Assembly (NCBI GenBank): GCA_973895155.1 | Contig: OZ316891.1 | Span: forward strand, 14,787,037-14,851,036 | DNA length: 64,000 bases | Source of the DNA: Marsupella aquatica | Taxonomy: Eukaryota; Plantae; Marchantiophyta | Direction: 5' to 3' | In this document: piece after piece, positions 60,673 through 64,000 of the stretch | Layout: every line of letters begins with the position of its first letter | How positions within the stretch are numbered: position 1 is the first letter of the stretch | Position numbers and translations under genes: made by a program | The notes under the pieces: generated by a model | Databases searched by the model: none | What the model was told of the DNA's origin: nothing | Seen by the model: the letters and a program-made list of their open reading frames with translations, nothing else

Positions 60673-62952
60673 TGGGAGCAGCATCGGGGACTGGAACGGG
60701 CAATGTACAGGTCCCCCCTCAACAATAAGGGAGCATTAACTCCATGTAGATTTAATGCACGGTCTTCTGGTGTTCAAGTTACTGCTTCTGGTGTTCAAGT
60801 TACTGTTGTGTGATGTTTTCCGTCCACCCTTGCAACACCCAAACACAATAGAGCCTTGTGACTTAGGTTGTAGAATCCCATAATGCCCAGATGGAATCTT
60901 AAATGGTTTAACAGAAGTGCCCCATTCTCAGAAAAGGGTCTAACTTTTCACCTTTTTAACTTTCCATCCATTTTCAGAATCAAGCCATATCAGTGGAAAC
61001 AGATCTTGAAATAATTGTCTGTGTAGATTACGGGTGTGCAACCATTTTGGAGGTACTTGCTATTCCCATAATCTCCTGCCCTGAAGTTGTTCTTTTTAAT
61101 ACAGCAATTACTAACTATATTGGAGGTCTGCGCGGGGGTTCTAGCCTGAACCTTGCTCCAAGAAAATTCAAAAACTCTTTCCAGTTGCCATCAGCCAAGT
61201 TTTCTTCATTTTCTGGCCACAGGGTTAGAGGCTAGTAATCCCAGGGTTTTCTTCATTTTCTGGTCACAGGGCTAGAGGCTAGTAATCCCAAATAGACCGC
61301 CATTAACTTATACAGAACCAGCATTTGCAACATCAGATAACACTTTCGTGTCACCTATATCACACCTTATTATGCCATTTGGAAGGTAACAAGTGATAGT
61401 TTTCCCATAAATGTCAATGCATTGGAGACTTCTTTCCATATGTTCTCTCTAATCAAATTGTACCCGAGTGTTTTAGAATGTGGTAGGACAAAACCTCAAG
61501 GCGTTCCTCCCCTCCTACAATATTCTCTCATTGATTGCAATGTTTGGATATAATGATGCTCTTCTCTTTGGACTTCACACTCATTAATCACCAAAGTATC
61601 AAGCTTTTCTGGAGTTTGTTTTTGATTATTTTCACTGCTCGATCTTGCACTCTCTCTGTATGCGAATGCTAACAACCAATCTTGCACCCTTGGTTTCCTT
61701 ATGAGAATGCTAACAACCAAGAGCTCATGCAATTGATATTCCTCAAGGAGTACCCTGATCCAGGGCATCTGAGGGGAAGGGCTCTGCCATGACAAGGGCT
61801 AGGATTGCCCACAATGTCTTGTGGGCGAGAGTGTCCATCTCCATCCCTCCTATCTCCATTTTTAGTAAGGAACGAATCCCTATTCAGATCAAAGGAGTGT
61901 TGCATGGAACTTACCTGCTGGGCAGGACTGATGACTCCATCTGGTTCTATTACAGTCTATTCTTCAAAGGTGTTATCCAAGAACTGTTGGTGATCCAAAT
62001 TTAGAGTTATGTTGCTTGAGATTATGTTTCAAGTGAATCAAATGGTCTTAATCAAACTCTCTTGGCAACCTTTTGTCCTTTCTTTCCTTCCTGATATGAA
62101 CCAGAAGTACCCATTTGATCTAGTTGACCTGTTTTTCAAGCTTAAAAGTTCTTTTGAAGTTAGTCAACATTTCCTACATTGCTATATGGCAAACCTCTAT
62201 TTCAGTCTACCAGGTTAATTTTATTTAGTCATCATTTTGGTCTTAATTGTAGCCTGTGAAGGTTGTTTTCTTTGTTATTCGATCAATTTTGAATTTAGTT
62301 CAAACCCCCATATATCTTCTTTATTATTCTAATTTTTAATTGAAATGAGTCCTTATGTATGTTTTTCTTCATTTCTTTCTCTTCCCTGCCCTCCATAATT
62401 TTTCCTGTCATCTTAGGGAAAAGAGTTAGAGGCAGGCTTCAAACTCCCATCCTCCAAGTCCCAATTGAATGTACCCACCACTGCAGTATAAGCTGATTCT
62501 GTCATACGCAGACCTGTCATTAAATTTATTTAAGAGCTATGTGTCCCACACCCCTGGTCCGCATCTCAGTGTCTTGCGCATGTCCAAGACTTGCTGCACC
62601 TGCACTTATTCATAATAAACTAAGTCATTTTCATTATTTTGTCTTAAATTGTGACTTTAATAAATTTAAATAAGATACCATAACATGTTTTTGAATAAGT
62701 TAAGATAGGAAGGTATTTAAACAAGATGTCAACAATCGTGCCCACTTTTTCTTTCATTGCTCCCACTTCTTGTTGCAATCATTGTCCTTATAGTATATCC
62801 ACCTGTGCTTGTTGCTCAAAACCAGGTTGCACTTCTCAATATGAACTAATAAATTGAATGGCTTTGAATGGCTTTGAAACCAATGATGACTATAGATAGT
62901 TGATGACTATTAGAAATCTTAAGATTGGGCTAGACTGGTTAGTCTTATTGGG

Positions 62953-63155
62953 GACCATGATGTAATATATAAGGGTCATAACTTAATGACCCAAAATGAC
63001 TCATTAGTCTAGTTCACGATCGCATTCTTTGACCAAGTGGTCAGAATTTTGACGACCATGATGTAATATATAACGGTCATAATTGAATGACCCAAAATGA
63101 CTCATTAGTCTAGTTCACAATCGCATTCTTTGACCAAGTAGTCAGAATTTTGACT
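62953..63155. repeat. ~100-bp tandem duplication
   Basis: gaccatgatgtaatatataa...ggtcagaattttgac occurs twice. Confidence 0.9.
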
Positions 63156-64000
63156 CGACCTGAGGCGAATGCGGTCTGCACATAGGACTAGAACCATGAC
63201 TATAATAGACAAATGGAGACTCGTGAAAGTTAACTCATTACATCCCTAAAATCAAAGCACAAGCATACAAGTCTTACAGGAAAACACGAGAGACAAGATA
63301 ATTCTATAGATGGCTAAATAGATAATTCTATAGATGGCTAAATAATGGGATGTGCTAGTCAATCTTAGCAACATGCTTTGAGGGCAAAGGGAAACATTCA
63401 TATTCAGCCATTATGTAGTTGCCACATTATTTTAGCAAAGGCTCTAAATTGTGTTATCAGAAACTGTTCTTAAAACAAATGTCTAAAAACAGGAACTATG
63501 ATGGGACACACAACAATCAACAGGATGATGGGACACACAACAATCAACAGGATCATTCAATGCAGCACAAACAAAGAAACAAAGTACTACCAATGAAACA
63601 AAATACCAAATACCAATCAACAGACTTTAGCAGTTACAATTACCGACAGCAACATATTGGCAAGAATAGCAAAGAGAATGACTGAGCAATTGACAAAAAA
63701 GCACAATGAACAATGGTAACCTTGTCTGTCTCCTCAAGTATAGACATGTCAGTCAATGTGAAATTATACATGGACAAGAAACAACAAATAGAAACTGCTG
63801 AGCTGTGTGGCCACATGAAGCAACAATGCAAAGAGCAACTTCAAAAAAAGGGACCAGAGGAGCAAACGTAGCAGGGATCAGAGTTGAGCAATGCGGGCAG
63901 TGATGCAGCAAAAGGGAAGTATAGACAAGCAACACTTGTGCGCCGATTGTTCACAGCTTGCAAACAGCCTCCGACCACCTCCAGCTACGAACATGCTCAG

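Noticed and set aside
61400-62200. Possible LINE 3' remnant (a CPQC...H pattern in one plus frame)
   Set aside because: Too degenerate; no RT or endonuclease motif and no poly-A or TSD could be supported.

Overview
Eukaryotic plant nuclear DNA, most likely a non-seed land plant (inferred from gene and TE content; species cannot be determined). Host genes: an NSP1-type GRAS transcription factor (2 coding exons), an 11-exon plastid anthranilate synthase alpha subunit, an intronless SPO11-3/topoisomerase VI subunit A, two intronless UBC32/UBE2J1-like E2 genes forming a head-to-head inverted duplication (~3.2-3.6 kb arms, ~21 kb apart), and an orphan ORF with a small N-terminal domain, a long acidic tail and a terminal basic motif. 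Mobile DNA: the 3' part of a decayed RepHel Helitron with a recognisable 3' end; a Ty1/copia element with both LTRs, PBS, PPT and TSD, carrying a 5'-deleted Ty3/gypsy in its protease region and itself inserted in an older repeat; a complete but decayed two-ORF PIF/Harbinger; a related MITE; two inverted-repeat-bounded elements; and many tandem repeats. I cannot confirm a new biological system. The best leads are the orphan acidic protein, the ~311-bp identical tract between the diverged UBC paralogs, the triplicated DEEWLINGALD motif in the Helitron protein, and the gypsy with an apparent 4-bp TSD. Alignments and counts were made by eye.
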